Notes: generated by a model from the letters alone, not told the origin. Positions 30,670 through 39,400 are shown, counted from the stretch's first letter. The stretch: 64,000 nucleotides of DNA from Candidatus Omnitrophota bacterium (GCA_024231025.1 JAAEQW010000120.1:66324-130323); one strand, 5' to 3'. A program made the numbers and translations.

Positions 30670-31245
30670 CTACTTCGCCTCTCTCTTCAATAAATAATCA
30701 CACTCTAAATTAAGCCTACTGCCAACTCTTTTATTCTTTAAAGTAGTATGTTTATAAGTAAAAGGGATTACGCTAACAGTAAAAACCCTTGCTATGACTT
30801 TTTTAACTGTAAGAGATACACCGTCTATCGCTACTGACCCATTCGCAATAATAAATTTTTTTAACGGCTGTGGTAAGTCAAACTCTAAATTACAGCAATC
30901 ACTGCGTTTTATGATTCTGCGCAATTTAGTCTCTGAATCAATATGGCCAAGAACAAAATGTCCACCTAGCTTATCATTCGCCTTCAACGCAGACTCTAAA
31001 TTTACTAAATCACCGCGTTTAAGAATTTTTAAAGTGGTTCTGCTTAAGGTCGGACCAACTGCTTCAAAAAACATTAAACCATTATCTTTATATATTAAGG
31101 TAAGGCACACACCATTTACAGCGATGCTATCTGAAATATGAGCATCCTCGCAAATAAGCTTAGAATGAACCCCTAGCGTAACTAGCGGCCCCTTCTTGAT
31201 GACCTTCTTTAGTGAACCTATTTCTTTAATTATACCTGTAAACAT
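30670..31245 (-). CDS. ribE: riboflavin synthase alpha subunit
   Basis: MFTGIIKEIGSL N-terminus, duplicated lumazine-binding halves with GxSLTV motifs (NGVCLTL / DGVSLTV). 191 aa. Confidence 0.8.
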   Translation of the reverse strand: MFTGIIKEIGSLKKVIKKGPLVTLGVHSKLICEDAHISDSIAVNGVCLTLIYKDNGLMFFEAVGPTLSRTTLKILKRGDLVNLESALKANDKLGGHFVLGHIDSETKLRRIIKRSDCCNLEFDLPQPLKKFIIANGSVAIDGVSLTVKKVIARVFTVSVIPFTYKHTTLKNKRVGSRLNLECDYLLKREAK

Positions 31246-31302
31246 TTTTTTGATTATTAGTGTAAGAATTATATCAAAAGAAGAAACAAAAAGCTATATG
31301 TA

Positions 31303-31330
31303 TTTATACACAAAAACCCTTTATTTTCAA
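31303..31330 (-). promoter_or_regulatory. candidate sigma70 promoter for ribE (-35 TTGAAA at 31330..31325, 16-nt spacer, -10 TATAAA at 31308..31303)
   Basis: Minus-strand reading ttgaaa-ataaagggtttttgtg-tataaa about 60 nt upstream of the ribE ATG. No FMN riboswitch motifs recognised between it and the start codon. Confidence 0.3.
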
Positions 31331-31474
31331 TGGTTTTTTGTGTTTTAGGGAGTTAGGATTATGTGAAATTAATACCAGTAAAAAGACGGCGCTCATAAAT
31401 CCTTGAGGGGCAATTACTTATGTAGTGTCGGTATGGTTTAACTTTGCTCGGGCGGGACCCCGCTGATGCGGGGG

Positions 31475-31518
31475 ATTCGGCTAAAGAGCTTTTCTTCCTT
31501 TCGTTGAAAAACTCTAGC
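31475..31518. repeat. 44-bp direct repeat copy 1 (attcggctaaagagcttttcttcctttcgttgaaaaactctagc)
   Basis: Perfect 44/44 identity to 31590..31633. Each copy can fold (minus-strand RNA) into a 9-bp stem AGAGUUUUU/AAAAGCUCU with loop CAACGAAAGGAAG. Confidence 0.85.
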
Positions 31519-31589
31519 TTTACATTCGTCCGGCTGCCTGAATACTGAGGAAATTTCTTCGATATTTCCACAGAGCAGCTCGGACATTA

Positions 31590-31633
31590 ATTCGGCTAAA
31601 GAGCTTTTCTTCCTTTCGTTGAAAAACTCTAGC
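31590..31633. repeat. 44-bp direct repeat copy 2
   Basis: Identical to 31475..31518. The two copies are separated by 71 bp (115 bp copy-to-copy) that contain a long imperfect hairpin (31528..31585). Confidence 0.85.
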
Positions 31634-31639
31634 CTCATT

Positions 31640-31673
31640 AAAAAACCCCGTCTCGGTTTTTCACGAGACGGGG
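31640..31673 (-). terminator. rho-independent terminator for the lysine-rich small gene
   Basis: Perfect 10-bp GC-rich stem CCCCGTCTCG/CGAGACGGGG (31646..31655 / 31664..31673) with 8-nt loop. On the minus strand it is followed by a U6 tract (31640..31645) and lies 20 nt after the TAA stop at 31693. Confidence 0.75.
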
Positions 31674-31692
31674 CTATATCACTTAAGATGTC

Positions 31693-31827
31693 TTACTTCT
31701 TTTTTTTCTTTGCAACTTTCTTCTTTGCAACTTTCTTCTTTGCAACTTTCTTCTTTGCAACTTTCTTCTTTGCTACCTTTTTCTTAGCAACCTTTTTCTT
31801 TGCTGCTTTCTTCTTTTTAACTGCCAT
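31693..31827 (-). CDS. small lysine-rich repeat protein (44 aa: MAVKKKKAAKKKVAKKKVAKKKVAKKKVAKKKVAKKKVAKKKKK), histone-H1-tail-like / nucleoid-associated candidate
   Basis: Hand translation of the minus strand. ATG 31827..31825 is preceded by a strong RBS (AGGAGGTGG, about 6 nt spacing). 45 codons to TAA, with the intrinsic terminator immediately downstream. Below the 60-aa cutoff of the ORF track. The plus-strand ORF 31619..31882 (poly-F) is its antisense shadow. Confidence 0.6.
   Translation of the reverse strand: MAVKKKKAAKKKVAKKKVAKKKVAKKKVAKKKVAKKKVAKKKKK
31711..31815. repeat. 15-bp tandem repeat array (tgcaactttcttctt x4 perfect + 3 degenerate units) inside the lysine-rich gene
   Basis: Direct inspection. 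Units at 31711, 31726, 31741, 31756 are identical and encode the KKKVA pentapeptide repeat. Confidence 0.9.
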
Positions 31828-31880
31828 CTTTCCACCTCCTTTTATTGTTCGACCTTTTGTCGAAACTTATCTACAATTTT

Positions 31881-31909
31881 AATTTAACAAATTTAAAAAT
31901 GAATGTCAA
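31881..31909 (-). promoter_or_regulatory. candidate sigma70 promoter of the lysine-rich gene (-35 TTGACA 31909..31904, 17-nt spacer, -10 TAAATT 31886..31881)
   Basis: Consensus -35 hexamer with ideal spacing in an AT-rich region, about 50 nt upstream of the ATG. Confidence 0.4.
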
Positions 31910-32007
31910 CTCTTTTTCAAAAATTTTTTCCATTTTTTTAAAAAAACACAACATATTGTGATTTTAAAAAATTTAACTAACCACTTTTTGTTTTTTATTT
32001 TTAGTAA

Positions 32008-32379
32008 TTATTCGTGGGATTTTTGTTTCGGAATGCGCACGCGCTTAGCATCGCACCAAAGATTCGAAAGATCGTAGAACTCTCTCGCTTCATGAGTAAA
32101 GATATGAATTACCACATCGAAAAAATCAACAAGAAGCCAGCGATCAAGTTCATCGTCTTCGCGGTGATGAACCTTAAACCCTTGCTTACTTGCCTGCTTA
32201 ATAATTAGATCATATATTGCGCGCGCCTGACGAGGAATTTGAGCTGAAACAATAACAAAATAATCACAAAAGGTTGCAACACCTCTTACATCCAAAATAA
32301 CAGGATCCTCTGCTTTTTTAATGGCAGCGATGTTAACTAGCTCAATTGCCAAATCTTTACTAGTAAATGTTTTTCTCAT
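32008..32379 (-). CDS. rsfS: ribosomal silencing factor RsfS (Iojap family)
   Basis: LDVRGVATFCDYFVIVSAQIPRQARAIYD...WLLVDFFDVVIHIFTHEAREFYDLSNLW matches the RsfS/DUF143 core. Confidence 0.8.
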   Translation of the reverse strand: MRKTFTSKDLAIELVNIAAIKKAEDPVILDVRGVATFCDYFVIVSAQIPRQARAIYDLIIKQASKQGFKVHHREDDELDRWLLVDFFDVVIHIFTHEAREFYDLSNLWCDAKRVRIPKQKSHE

Positions 32380-32440
32380 TCTTAAAAACTCATAAATTTT
32401 TAATTTTGAATTGTGGATTATGCATGCCTATAATGTTTTG

Positions 32441-32495
32441 GTCATTGTAGCTTGGTTATTGTTTGTGGTTTGGTATTTGTAATTTGTAATTTTTT
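32441..32495. repeat. 'ttggttatt' repeat family, half-copy (cattgtagcttggttattgtttgtggtttggtatttgtaatttgtaat)
   Basis: Shares the 24-bp core attgtag(c/t)ttggttatt(g/a)tttgt with 34696..34720. Intergenic between the M16 peptidase and rsfS. Confidence 0.6.
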
Positions 32496-32511
32496 CATAA
32501 CCATTATAATG

Positions 32512-33777
32512 CTATGCTGTTCTTATAATGTTCGTTATTTCTTTTTCTGTATCTGCGGCCATATCGCCAACACACCCAACACAAATATTATGAATGTTAA
32601 ATATCTTCCGGGCAACCTCACTTATCTGTTGCGGCGTAATTTGAGTTATCTTCTCCTTGATTTGCTCAACCGAATTTATTCTACCGGTTTTTAGGTGACT
32701 TTCGGCGTTAAAGAACATCCTTCCCTCGGGGCGCTCTAGGACCATTACGCTCTGGCCAAAAAAGAAGTCTTTTGCTCTTGCCAATTCTGAAAGAGAAATT
32801 TTCTTCTCTTTAATTTTTTTTAGTTCTTTGATAATTCTGCCCAAGGCAAGTTTAATCCTGCTCTTGTCTAATCCAATATGAATAATAAACGCACCACTAT
32901 CTCTGTACTTTCTAACTTCAGTAGATATATCATAACAAAGAGGCCTTTTCTCTCTTACTTCTTCAAATAAGCGGCTACTCATATTCGCCCCCATAATAAT
33001 ATTTAATAGTTCGCTAGTAAGCCGGTCGCTACTTAAATAAGATGGGCTTCGAAACCCTACACAAAGATGTGCCTGTTCTAACTTTTTCCTTTCAACATCA
33101 ATGTGCATGCCCGTCAATGAGCCCGGGGATAGCAACTGATGCTTTACCTTTGCGGATTTACTCTTTATTTTTTTGTTTATCAGATTAACTAAGGCATCTT
33201 GTGCAAAGTCACCGCTACAAGAAACAACTATGTTAGAAGGCTGATAATACTTATCTTTGAAATTTATCAAATCTTTACGAGTGATCCTCTCAACGCTTGC
33301 CATCTCACCAGCTACCTCTTGCCCCAATTGATGCTTTGGCCAAAGTAATTTATCAAGCAACATAACCACTCGTGAAGTGGGAATATCATTGTACATCTTT
33401 ATTTCTTCTAAAATAACTCTTCTCTCCTTCTCTACGTCATCTGCCTTTAAAGATGGGCATAAAACCATATCCAAAAGAATATCCAAAGTTATATCAAGAT
33501 TTTTCTTCAGAAAATGAGCATAAAATCCTGTGCTTTCCTGCGAAGTAAATCCGTTCAAAGCCCCGCCGCGACCCTCAATTTCTCTTTTAATTTTACGATA
33601 AGAGTAATGCTTGCTACCTTTAAAAAGAAGATGTTCTAGGAAATGAGCAATCCCCTTTAAATTATTTGTCTCGTAACGGCCACCCACCTTTAAGAACACT
33701 CCGAGAGATGCAGTATCCCTACCCTTAAAAGGAGTAAAAACCAAGTCGGTTCCGTTAATATTTATTACTTTATGCAT
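32512..33777 (-). CDS. M16 family zinc peptidase (pitrilysin-like)
   Basis: Inverted zinc motif HxxEH: GIAHFLEHLLFKGSKHYS plus downstream E. 421 aa, single M16/M16_C unit. Confidence 0.75.
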   Translation of the reverse strand: MHKVININGTDLVFTPFKGRDTASLGVFLKVGGRYETNNLKGIAHFLEHLLFKGSKHYSYRKIKREIEGRGGALNGFTSQESTGFYAHFLKKNLDITLDILLDMVLCPSLKADDVEKERRVILEEIKMYNDIPTSRVVMLLDKLLWPKHQLGQEVAGEMASVERITRKDLINFKDKYYQPSNIVVSCSGDFAQDALVNLINKKIKSKSAKVKHQLLSPGSLTGMHIDVERKKLEQAHLCVGFRSPSYLSSDRLTSELLNIIMGANMSSRLFEEVREKRPLCYDISTEVRKYRDSGAFIIHIGLDKSRIKLALGRIIKELKKIKEKKISLSELARAKDFFFGQSVMVLERPEGRMFFNAESHLKTGRINSVEQIKEKITQITPQQISEVARKIFNIHNICVGCVGDMAADTEKEITNIIRTA

Positions 33778-34568
33778 AAGGAACGAATATGTTTTGACAA
33801 TCGTTTAACCAAATCTTTTCGGCAGGAATTTTCATCTATGAATTTCACTATTTCACTTCCGATTATTACTCCATCACTAAATTCACTTATTTCCTTTACC
33901 TGGCTTTTTTTATGTATTCCAAAGCCAACACAAATCGGTAATTGAGTCACTTTCCTTATTCTTTTAACGCTAGCTGCAAGCCAATCGCCATCAAGCTTTT
34001 GAGGACCAGTAATTCCTGTAACGGAAATATAATAAATAAAACCCTTGGAATGATCGGCAATTTTCTTGGCTCTTGTGAAAGAAGTTGTTGGTGTAACAAA
34101 GAATATTGTTTCTAAATTAAACCTGTTGGCCTTTTTTATGTACGCTTTGCTCTCTTCAACGGGTAAATCGACGATCATCACCCCGGATACTTGTGCCTTT
34201 TTCATTTTAAGGAAAAATTTATCCATGCCATACTTTAAAACAGGATTATAGTAAGTCATTATAACCAAAGGAATTTTTAATTTTCCTTTAAGGCTATTGA
34301 GCATCGTAAAAAGCTTATCGGTATTTGCTCCTTGCGCTAAAGCCTTATTCGCAGCTGCCTGGATAATCGGACCATCGGCCAAAGGGTCGGAAAAAGGAAC
34401 TCCTAATTCAACAATATCCACACCACAGTCCTGCAAGGCGAGAATAATTTTAGCAGAATCATCCAAAGTTGGAAAACCAAAAGGAACATAAGCTAAAAAT
34501 GCTTTTTTCCCTAGTTTATGCAAGTCTTTGAATTTTTGACTAATCTTCATAAAATTAAAAATAATCAA
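33765..34568 (-). CDS. trpA: tryptophan synthase alpha subunit
   Basis: FLAYVPFGFPTLDDSAKIILALQDCGVDIVELGVPFSDPLADGPIIQAA (TrpA active site E49/D60 region), C-terminal GFGI motif. Confidence 0.85.
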   Translation of the reverse strand: MIIFNFMKISQKFKDLHKLGKKAFLAYVPFGFPTLDDSAKIILALQDCGVDIVELGVPFSDPLADGPIIQAAANKALAQGANTDKLFTMLNSLKGKLKIPLVIMTYYNPVLKYGMDKFFLKMKKAQVSGVMIVDLPVEESKAYIKKANRFNLETIFFVTPTTSFTRAKKIADHSKGFIYYISVTGITGPQKLDGDWLAASVKRIRKVTQLPICVGFGIHKKSQVKEISEFSDGVIIGSEIVKFIDENSCRKDLVKRLSKHIRSLCIK

Positions 34569-34595
34569 GACACCCGCCTGCCAATCCGACGGGCA

Positions 34596-34750
34596 AGCAA
34601 GTTACAATAACCAAGTTACAAGTTACAATAACCAAGCAATAACCAATTACCAAATTCGAATAACCAAATTATTTGATTATTAAAATCTTGATTATTGGTT
34701 ATTGTAGTTTGGTTATTATTTGTATCTTGCATCTTGTTTCTTGGTTATTT
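34596..34750. repeat. long imperfect palindrome of 'aataaccaa' (x6, left) / 'ttggttatt' (x4, right) units inserted between trpB and trpA
   Basis: Left arm 34596..34665 carries aataaccaa repeats. Right arm 34694..34750 carries their reverse complements. The resulting 176-bp trpB-trpA spacer is atypical (these genes usually abut). Confidence 0.7.
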
Positions 34751-35926
34751 AATATATTGATTAACAATATCTAGGTCCTTATCGCCTCTTCCCGACAAAC
34801 AAACAATTATTATTTTATTCTTTGCCGCTTTTGCTAATTCCTTTAAGTAATAAATCGCGTGTGAAGGCTCAAGGGCCGGAATAATGCCTTCTTGCTGAGA
34901 AAGCATTTTAAATCCTTTTATCGCCTGGCGGTCATCAACTGTTACATATTCTGCCCTTTTCGTTACTTTATAAAAAGCGTGCTCCGGCCCAACCCCTGGA
35001 TAATCTAATCCTGGAGCAACAGAGTGCGCCTCTTTAATCTGACCAAATTTATCTTGAAGAACAAAAGACTTTGCTCCTTGCAATACACCGATCTCGCCTT
35101 TTGTAAGCGAAGCAGAATTAAAACTATTTAAACCAGATCCAGCAGCTTCAACCCCAATAAATTTAACACTTTTTTCTTTAAAAAAAGGATGGAAAAGCCC
35201 CATTGAGTTACTTCCTCCGCCAACACAAGCAACCAAATAATTAGGAAGTTTTTTCTCTTTCTTTAAGATTTGTTTTTTGGCTTCACTGCCAATAACCGAT
35301 TGGAAATCTCTAACCATATAAGGGTATGGATGCGGTCCCACAGTAGAGCCGAGCAAATAATACGTATCACCGACATTAGTAACCCAATCGCGAATTGCTT
35401 CGCTACAAGCGTCTTTTAAGGTTTTTGAACCATTACACACCGGTATTACTTTTGCGCCCAAAACTCGCATACGCAAAACATTGGCCTTCTGACGCAAAAC
35501 GTCCTCTGCGCCCATATAGATTTCGCAATTTAATCCAAAAAGGCGCGATACTGTAGCAACAGAAACTCCGTGCTGGCCGGCCCCGGTTTCAGCGATTATT
35601 CTGCGCTTACCCATGTGTTTTGCTAACAAAATTTGGCCTAATGAATTGTTTATTTTATGCGCCCCAGTATGAAGAAGATCTTCGCGCTTAAGATATATTT
35701 TAGCGCCTAAATGTTTACTTAAATTTTTAGCAAAATAAAGTGGCGTAGGGCGTCCGGCATATTCAGAAAGATAAAACTTTAATTCCTTCTTAAAAGATGC
35801 TTGTCTAGACACCTCTTTATAAACACCCTCTAGCTCCAAAAGACATGCCCAAAGAGTTTCAGGTACATATTTACCCCCAAATTCACCAAAGTAGCCTCTA
35901 CTATCCGGTATTTTTTTATTACTCAT
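34745..35926 (-). CDS. trpB: tryptophan synthase beta subunit
   Basis: [15 protein letters not shown] lysine [14 protein letters not shown] motif. 393 aa. Confidence 0.9.
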   Translation of the reverse strand: MSNKKIPDSRGYFGEFGGKYVPETLWACLLELEGVYKEVSRQASFKKELKFYLSEYAGRPTPLYFAKNLSKHLGAKIYLKREDLLHTGAHKINNSLGQILLAKHMGKRRIIAETGAGQHGVSVATVSRLFGLNCEIYMGAEDVLRQKANVLRMRVLGAKVIPVCNGSKTLKDACSEAIRDWVTNVGDTYYLLGSTVGPHPYPYMVRDFQSVIGSEAKKQILKKEKKLPNYLVACVGGGSNSMGLFHPFFKEKSVKFIGVEAAGSGLNSFNSASLTKGEIGVLQGAKSFVLQDKFGQIKEAHSVAPGLDYPGVGPEHAFYKVTKRAEYVTVDDRQAIKGFKMLSQQEGIIPALEPSHAIYYLKELAKAAKNKIIIVCLSGRGDKDLDIVNQYIK

Positions 35927-36546
35927 AATTGTTTTGCCTTTTCAATAAAAATACGCATTAAGGCATGATCCTTTTTACCAACAAACTCTTCAATCCCGCT
36001 TGCTACATCAATCGCATAAGGATTAAGATTTTTGCAATTATTTATGTTTTTTTCAGTTAACCCTGAAGAGATGATAACCCTTTCATTTTTTTTGATAATT
36101 GCTGCTATCTCTTTATAGCTATCTGAACAAAGAGTTTTCTGTCCTTTAATTTTATCTTGATATTTCACATCAAACAAAAACCCATCAACCGAATATTTAG
36201 CTATCGCGTCATGGTAGGGGCGATCTTTAGGGAAAAAAACCTTTACTATCTTAAATTTTCGTCTAAATGACTTACAAAAACTCGCCGATTCATCGCCATG
36301 AAACTGCAATATGTTTAATTCAAGTAAAGATGCAATTTCTAGCACCTCATCTTTTTCTTGGTTTGCAAACACACCGCATTTTAAAACAAACGGATCTAAT
36401 TTTGAAATTATCTTTTTCGCACTTTGTGGTTTTATATAGCGTGGACTTTTTTTAGAAAAGATAAACCCTAGAACATCGGCTCCATAGCGTGATGCTCCAA
36501 GCGCATCACTTAAATTTGTTATGCCACATATTTTTACTTTAACCAT
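35923..36546 (-). CDS. trpF: phosphoribosylanthranilate isomerase
   Basis: [11 protein letters not shown]-terminus, (beta/alpha)8 size 207 aa, QFHGDE motif. Placed between trpC and trpB. Confidence 0.8.
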   Translation of the reverse strand: MVKVKICGITNLSDALGASRYGADVLGFIFSKKSPRYIKPQSAKKIISKLDPFVLKCGVFANQEKDEVLEIASLLELNILQFHGDESASFCKSFRRKFKIVKVFFPKDRPYHDAIAKYSVDGFLFDVKYQDKIKGQKTLCSDSYKEIAAIIKKNERVIISSGLTEKNINNCKNLNPYAIDVASGIEEFVGKKDHALMRIFIEKAKQL

Positions 36547-37318
36547 CGATTTGAAACTCTTTTATTTTTGATGCAAAATCCTCAGATTCCATTATCGCTC
36601 GACCAACCAAAACCGCGTCCACACCAAGGCCCTTAAGCCATAAAATATCCTTCAAAGACCTTATGCCGCTTTCACTTACTTTTATAATATCCGCTGGAAT
36701 AAAAGGGGCAAGTTTTTGAGTTTTTACTATGTCTACTTTCAAAGTATGTAAATTGCGATTATTAATACCAACAATATCTACTCCTAAAGATAGGATCTTC
36801 CTTAGTTCTTTTTCGCTATGCACTTCAGCCAACACATCCATGCCTAAGTCTTTAGCCAGGCTGTAGAGTTTGGTGAAGCGCTCTTCTTCTAAAATACTAG
36901 CAATAAGAAGAATTGCGTCAGCACCGACCGCTCTTGACTCTAGGACTTGAACTTCTTCTAATATAAAATCCTTACGTAATATCGGCACTTTTACCCGACC
37001 CTTGATTTCCTCAATATCATTGATTTTGCCCATAAAAAATTCTTCTTCAGTAAGAACCGATATAGCGTTAACCTTTGCTGATTCATAAATTTTAGCAATT
37101 TTTAATGGCGAAAAATCTTTACACAACACCCCCGTTAATGGAGAGGCCTGTTTCACTTCGGCAATCAAAGATAGTTTTCCATCGCGTTTTATTGCGTTCT
37201 TAAAAGAAATCGGTGTGGGGGCTTTTTTCACCAAGGCACGAATCGCATCGCTATTTTTACGCAATACCGCGATCCGTTTCTTTTTGGCCTCCAATATTAA
37301 TGAAAGTGTCCTATGCAT
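36539..37318 (-). CDS. trpC: indole-3-glycerol phosphate synthase
   Basis: IAEVKQASPLTGVL, ISVLTEEEFFMG (IsVLTd..fF.Gs), INNRNLHTL. 259 aa. Confidence 0.8.
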   Translation of the reverse strand: MHRTLSLILEAKKKRIAVLRKNSDAIRALVKKAPTPISFKNAIKRDGKLSLIAEVKQASPLTGVLCKDFSPLKIAKIYESAKVNAISVLTEEEFFMGKINDIEEIKGRVKVPILRKDFILEEVQVLESRAVGADAILLIASILEEERFTKLYSLAKDLGMDVLAEVHSEKELRKILSLGVDIVGINNRNLHTLKVDIVKTQKLAPFIPADIIKVSESGIRSLKDILWLKGLGVDAVLVGRAIMESEDFASKIKEFQIDG

Positions 37319-38354
37319 TGTTTTTAATAAACTTTCTTAATTCTAGTAATTTTTTCTTAGCTTGACCGCTATCAACAATTTCAGCAGCAAGCTTAACGCC
37401 CTCTTTTAAGGTTTGCGCTTTACCCAATATATAAAAACAGCAAGCTGCGTTGGCGAGCACAATGCTTCGCGGGGCACCCTTTTTCCCATTTAAGATATCT
37501 TTTATAACACTTGCGCTATCTTTAGCGCTCTTGACCTCTAAGTCTTTTAACTTGATCCTCTTTAAGCCAAAATCAGATGGACTCAAGATCATTCTTTTAA
37601 TTTTCTTATTATCAAGAAAGGCCACTTCGGTTTTGCTGCTCAAAGAAACTTCGTCTTTTAAATCCTTGCTGCAAACAACAAAGGCTCTTTTTATGCCAAT
37701 ATTTTTCAGCACCTTAGCCATTACACCAAGCAAGTTCTCGCTGTGCACTCCTAAGAGCTGATGAGTAGTAAAAGCAGGATTGCATAATGGACCCAAAATA
37801 TTAAAAACTGTTCTTATTCCTATTTCTCTTCTAATACCGGCAACATCTTTTAATGCCGGATGATACAACGGAGCATATAAAAATCCTACGTTAATTTTTC
37901 TTATCGCACTCTCCATCACACAAGGAAGGGTATCGATTTTTACCCCTAAAGCTTCAAAAGCATCGGCACTGCCACAGCTAGAAGACATTGCACGATTCCC
38001 ATGCTTAGCCACTTTCGCTCCACCGGCGGCAACAACAAAAGACACCGCAGTCGAAATATTAAATTTGTTAGCTCCGGAGCCACCTGTGCCACAAGTATCG
38101 ATTATTGATTCGTCTTTATTCTCAATACCAATAAAGCTAGTGCGCACATTTATTTTACAGGCATGATCCCTAACTACCTTGGCAGCAGCGGTGATTTCTT
38201 CTTCGCACTCACCCTTCATTGAAAGCGCCACTAAAAACGCGGCAATTTGAACATGAGTTGCTTTCTTTTTGAAGATTTCTTCAAAAACTTTTTCTGCCTC
38301 AGAAGAAGTAAGGCTGCTATTTTTACTTAATTTTATAATCGCCTGTTTGATCAT
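37311..38354 (-). CDS. trpD: anthranilate phosphoribosyltransferase
   Basis: DTCGTGGSGANKFNISTAVSFVVAAGGAKVAKHGNRA (GTGGD/KHGNR signatures). Confidence 0.85.
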   Translation of the reverse strand: MIKQAIIKLSKNSSLTSSEAEKVFEEIFKKKATHVQIAAFLVALSMKGECEEEITAAAKVVRDHACKINVRTSFIGIENKDESIIDTCGTGGSGANKFNISTAVSFVVAAGGAKVAKHGNRAMSSSCGSADAFEALGVKIDTLPCVMESAIRKINVGFLYAPLYHPALKDVAGIRREIGIRTVFNILGPLCNPAFTTHQLLGVHSENLLGVMAKVLKNIGIKRAFVVCSKDLKDEVSLSSKTEVAFLDNKKIKRMILSPSDFGLKRIKLKDLEVKSAKDSASVIKDILNGKKGAPRSIVLANAACCFYILGKAQTLKEGVKLAAEIVDSGQAKKKLLELRKFIKNNA

Positions 38355-38914
38355 AGCTTTAAAAAATTACCTAAAATCTTTTTCCCTTCATTTGTCAAAA
38401 TTGACTCAGGGTGAAATTGCACACCACAAAGAGGATATGTTTTTTCTTTTACTCCCATTATTATACCATTATCGCAAAATGCCGTAATTTCAAAATTAGA
38501 TGATAAAGTTTTTTTATCAATGATTAAAGAATGATATCTTGTTGCAACAAATGGCTTTTCTACTTTTGCAAAAAGACCTTTACCGTTATGCTTAATAAGC
38601 GAGGTTTTACCATGCATAACCTGCGGCGCTTTTATAATTTTAGCGCCAAAACAAAAACCAATACATTGATGCCCAAGACAAACACCAAGGATAGGTACTT
38701 TTTTGTAAAACTCTCTTACAACAGAACAACTAATCCCAGCGTCTTTCGGCCTTCCTGGACCAGGAGAAATAACTATTTTTTTGGGTTTTAATTTATTTAT
38801 TTGCGCTATGTCAATTTTGTCATTGCGGATAGTAATCGTTTCGGCGCCAAGTTCTTGCAAATACTGCACTAAATTGTAAGTAAAGGAGTCGTAGTTATCA
38901 ATTACTAGTATCAT
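38351..38914 (-). CDS. trpG: anthranilate synthase component II (glutamine amidotransferase)
   Basis: MILVIDNYDSFTYNLVQYL, catalytic GVCLGHQ, HPES. 187 aa. Confidence 0.8.
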   Translation of the reverse strand: MILVIDNYDSFTYNLVQYLQELGAETITIRNDKIDIAQINKLKPKKIVISPGPGRPKDAGISCSVVREFYKKVPILGVCLGHQCIGFCFGAKIIKAPQVMHGKTSLIKHNGKGLFAKVEKPFVATRYHSLIIDKKTLSSNFEITAFCDNGIIMGVKEKTYPLCGVQFHPESILTNEGKKILGNFLKL

Positions 38915-38958
38915 ATTGTAATATATTTATTAGGCACTAAATTTATATCTTATATCAA

Positions 38959-39400
38959 CTAAAAACTAAAAGCTAAAAACGTAAAACCATAACTTAAAAC
39001 TTAAAACCTGTTCTTCCCTTTAAGAGTCAAAATACTAGATCCTAATATTTTTGACAACTCGTTAGTTTCCCTCAATAAAAATTCTAACTGGGGACTCTCT
39101 ATCTTCTTGGCATCTTTCAATAATCCAAACCAATACAGTGTTTCATTAGCTGATTTTAATGAATAACTAAAAAAATTAGTAAAATCTTTTTTGGAACTAG
39201 AAGCTTGAGCCTCAACAATATTCGCACCTATAGATGTCGCTGATCTTATTAACTGTTTTGCGATTATTTGATTCGACAAATCCCTTGGTAAGCTATCTAT
39301 AAAGTTAATAACTTTTATGGAATATTGATAAGCTCTATCTTTTAATTTAATTTTGAATTTTGAGCTTTGGTTTTGCATTTTTCGTTTTTAGTTTTTCGTT
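38959..39400. mobile_element. TIR-bounded small element (~440 bp) whose only cargo is a four-helix-bundle (23S rRNA IVS-protein family) gene; parent of the MITE-like copies at 42586..42754 and 55331..55444
   Basis: Left terminus 38959..38991 (ctaaaaactaaaagctaaaaacgtaaaaccata) is near-identical to the left arm of the 55331 element and is the reverse complement of the right terminus 39369..39400 (ggttttgcatttttcgtttttagtttttcg). The gene's ATG lies inside the right arm. Confidence 0.55.
39001..39378 (-). CDS. four-helix-bundle protein (23S rRNA intervening-sequence protein family)
   Basis: 125 aa. Family hallmark LIRSATSIGANIVEAQASSSKKDFTNFFSYSLKSANETLYW (R.S..SI..NI.EG...S..eF..fl.iA.gS..E). 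Strong AT-rich flanks. Confidence 0.7.
   Translation of the reverse strand: MQNQSSKFKIKLKDRAYQYSIKVINFIDSLPRDLSNQIIAKQLIRSATSIGANIVEAQASSSKKDFTNFFSYSLKSANETLYWFGLLKDAKKIESPQLEFLLRETNELSKILGSSILTLKGKNRF

Noticed and set aside
31246-31480. Possible FMN (RFN) riboswitch upstream of ribE
   Set aside because: Looked on the minus strand for the conserved RFN blocks (GGGGCAGGGTGAAATTCCC, ACCGACAGT…AGTCTGGATG, terminal GAAGG) and found none. Only weak partial resemblance (ACCGACACTA). ribE more likely has a plain promoter here.
31440-31480. tRNA/tmRNA-like fragment (minus strand …GCCGAATCCCCCGC…)
   Set aside because: Resembles a T-loop (CGAATCC) but lacks a complementary 5' T-stem strand, an acceptor stem and a CCA end. 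Not a credible tRNA or tmRNA 3' domain.
31359-31638. Two overlapping minus-strand ORFs (31359..31571 and 31438..31638) both containing LEFFNERKKSSLAE
   Set aside because: The shared peptide is simply the translation of the duplicated 44-bp element. No RBS. The region is dominated by hairpins and is better explained as non-coding RNA/repeat.
31619-31882. Plus-strand 87-aa poly-Phe ORF (…FFFATFFFATFFF…)
   Set aside because: It is the antisense reading of the KKKVA tandem repeat. The minus-strand reading has RBS, promoter and terminator in the right places.
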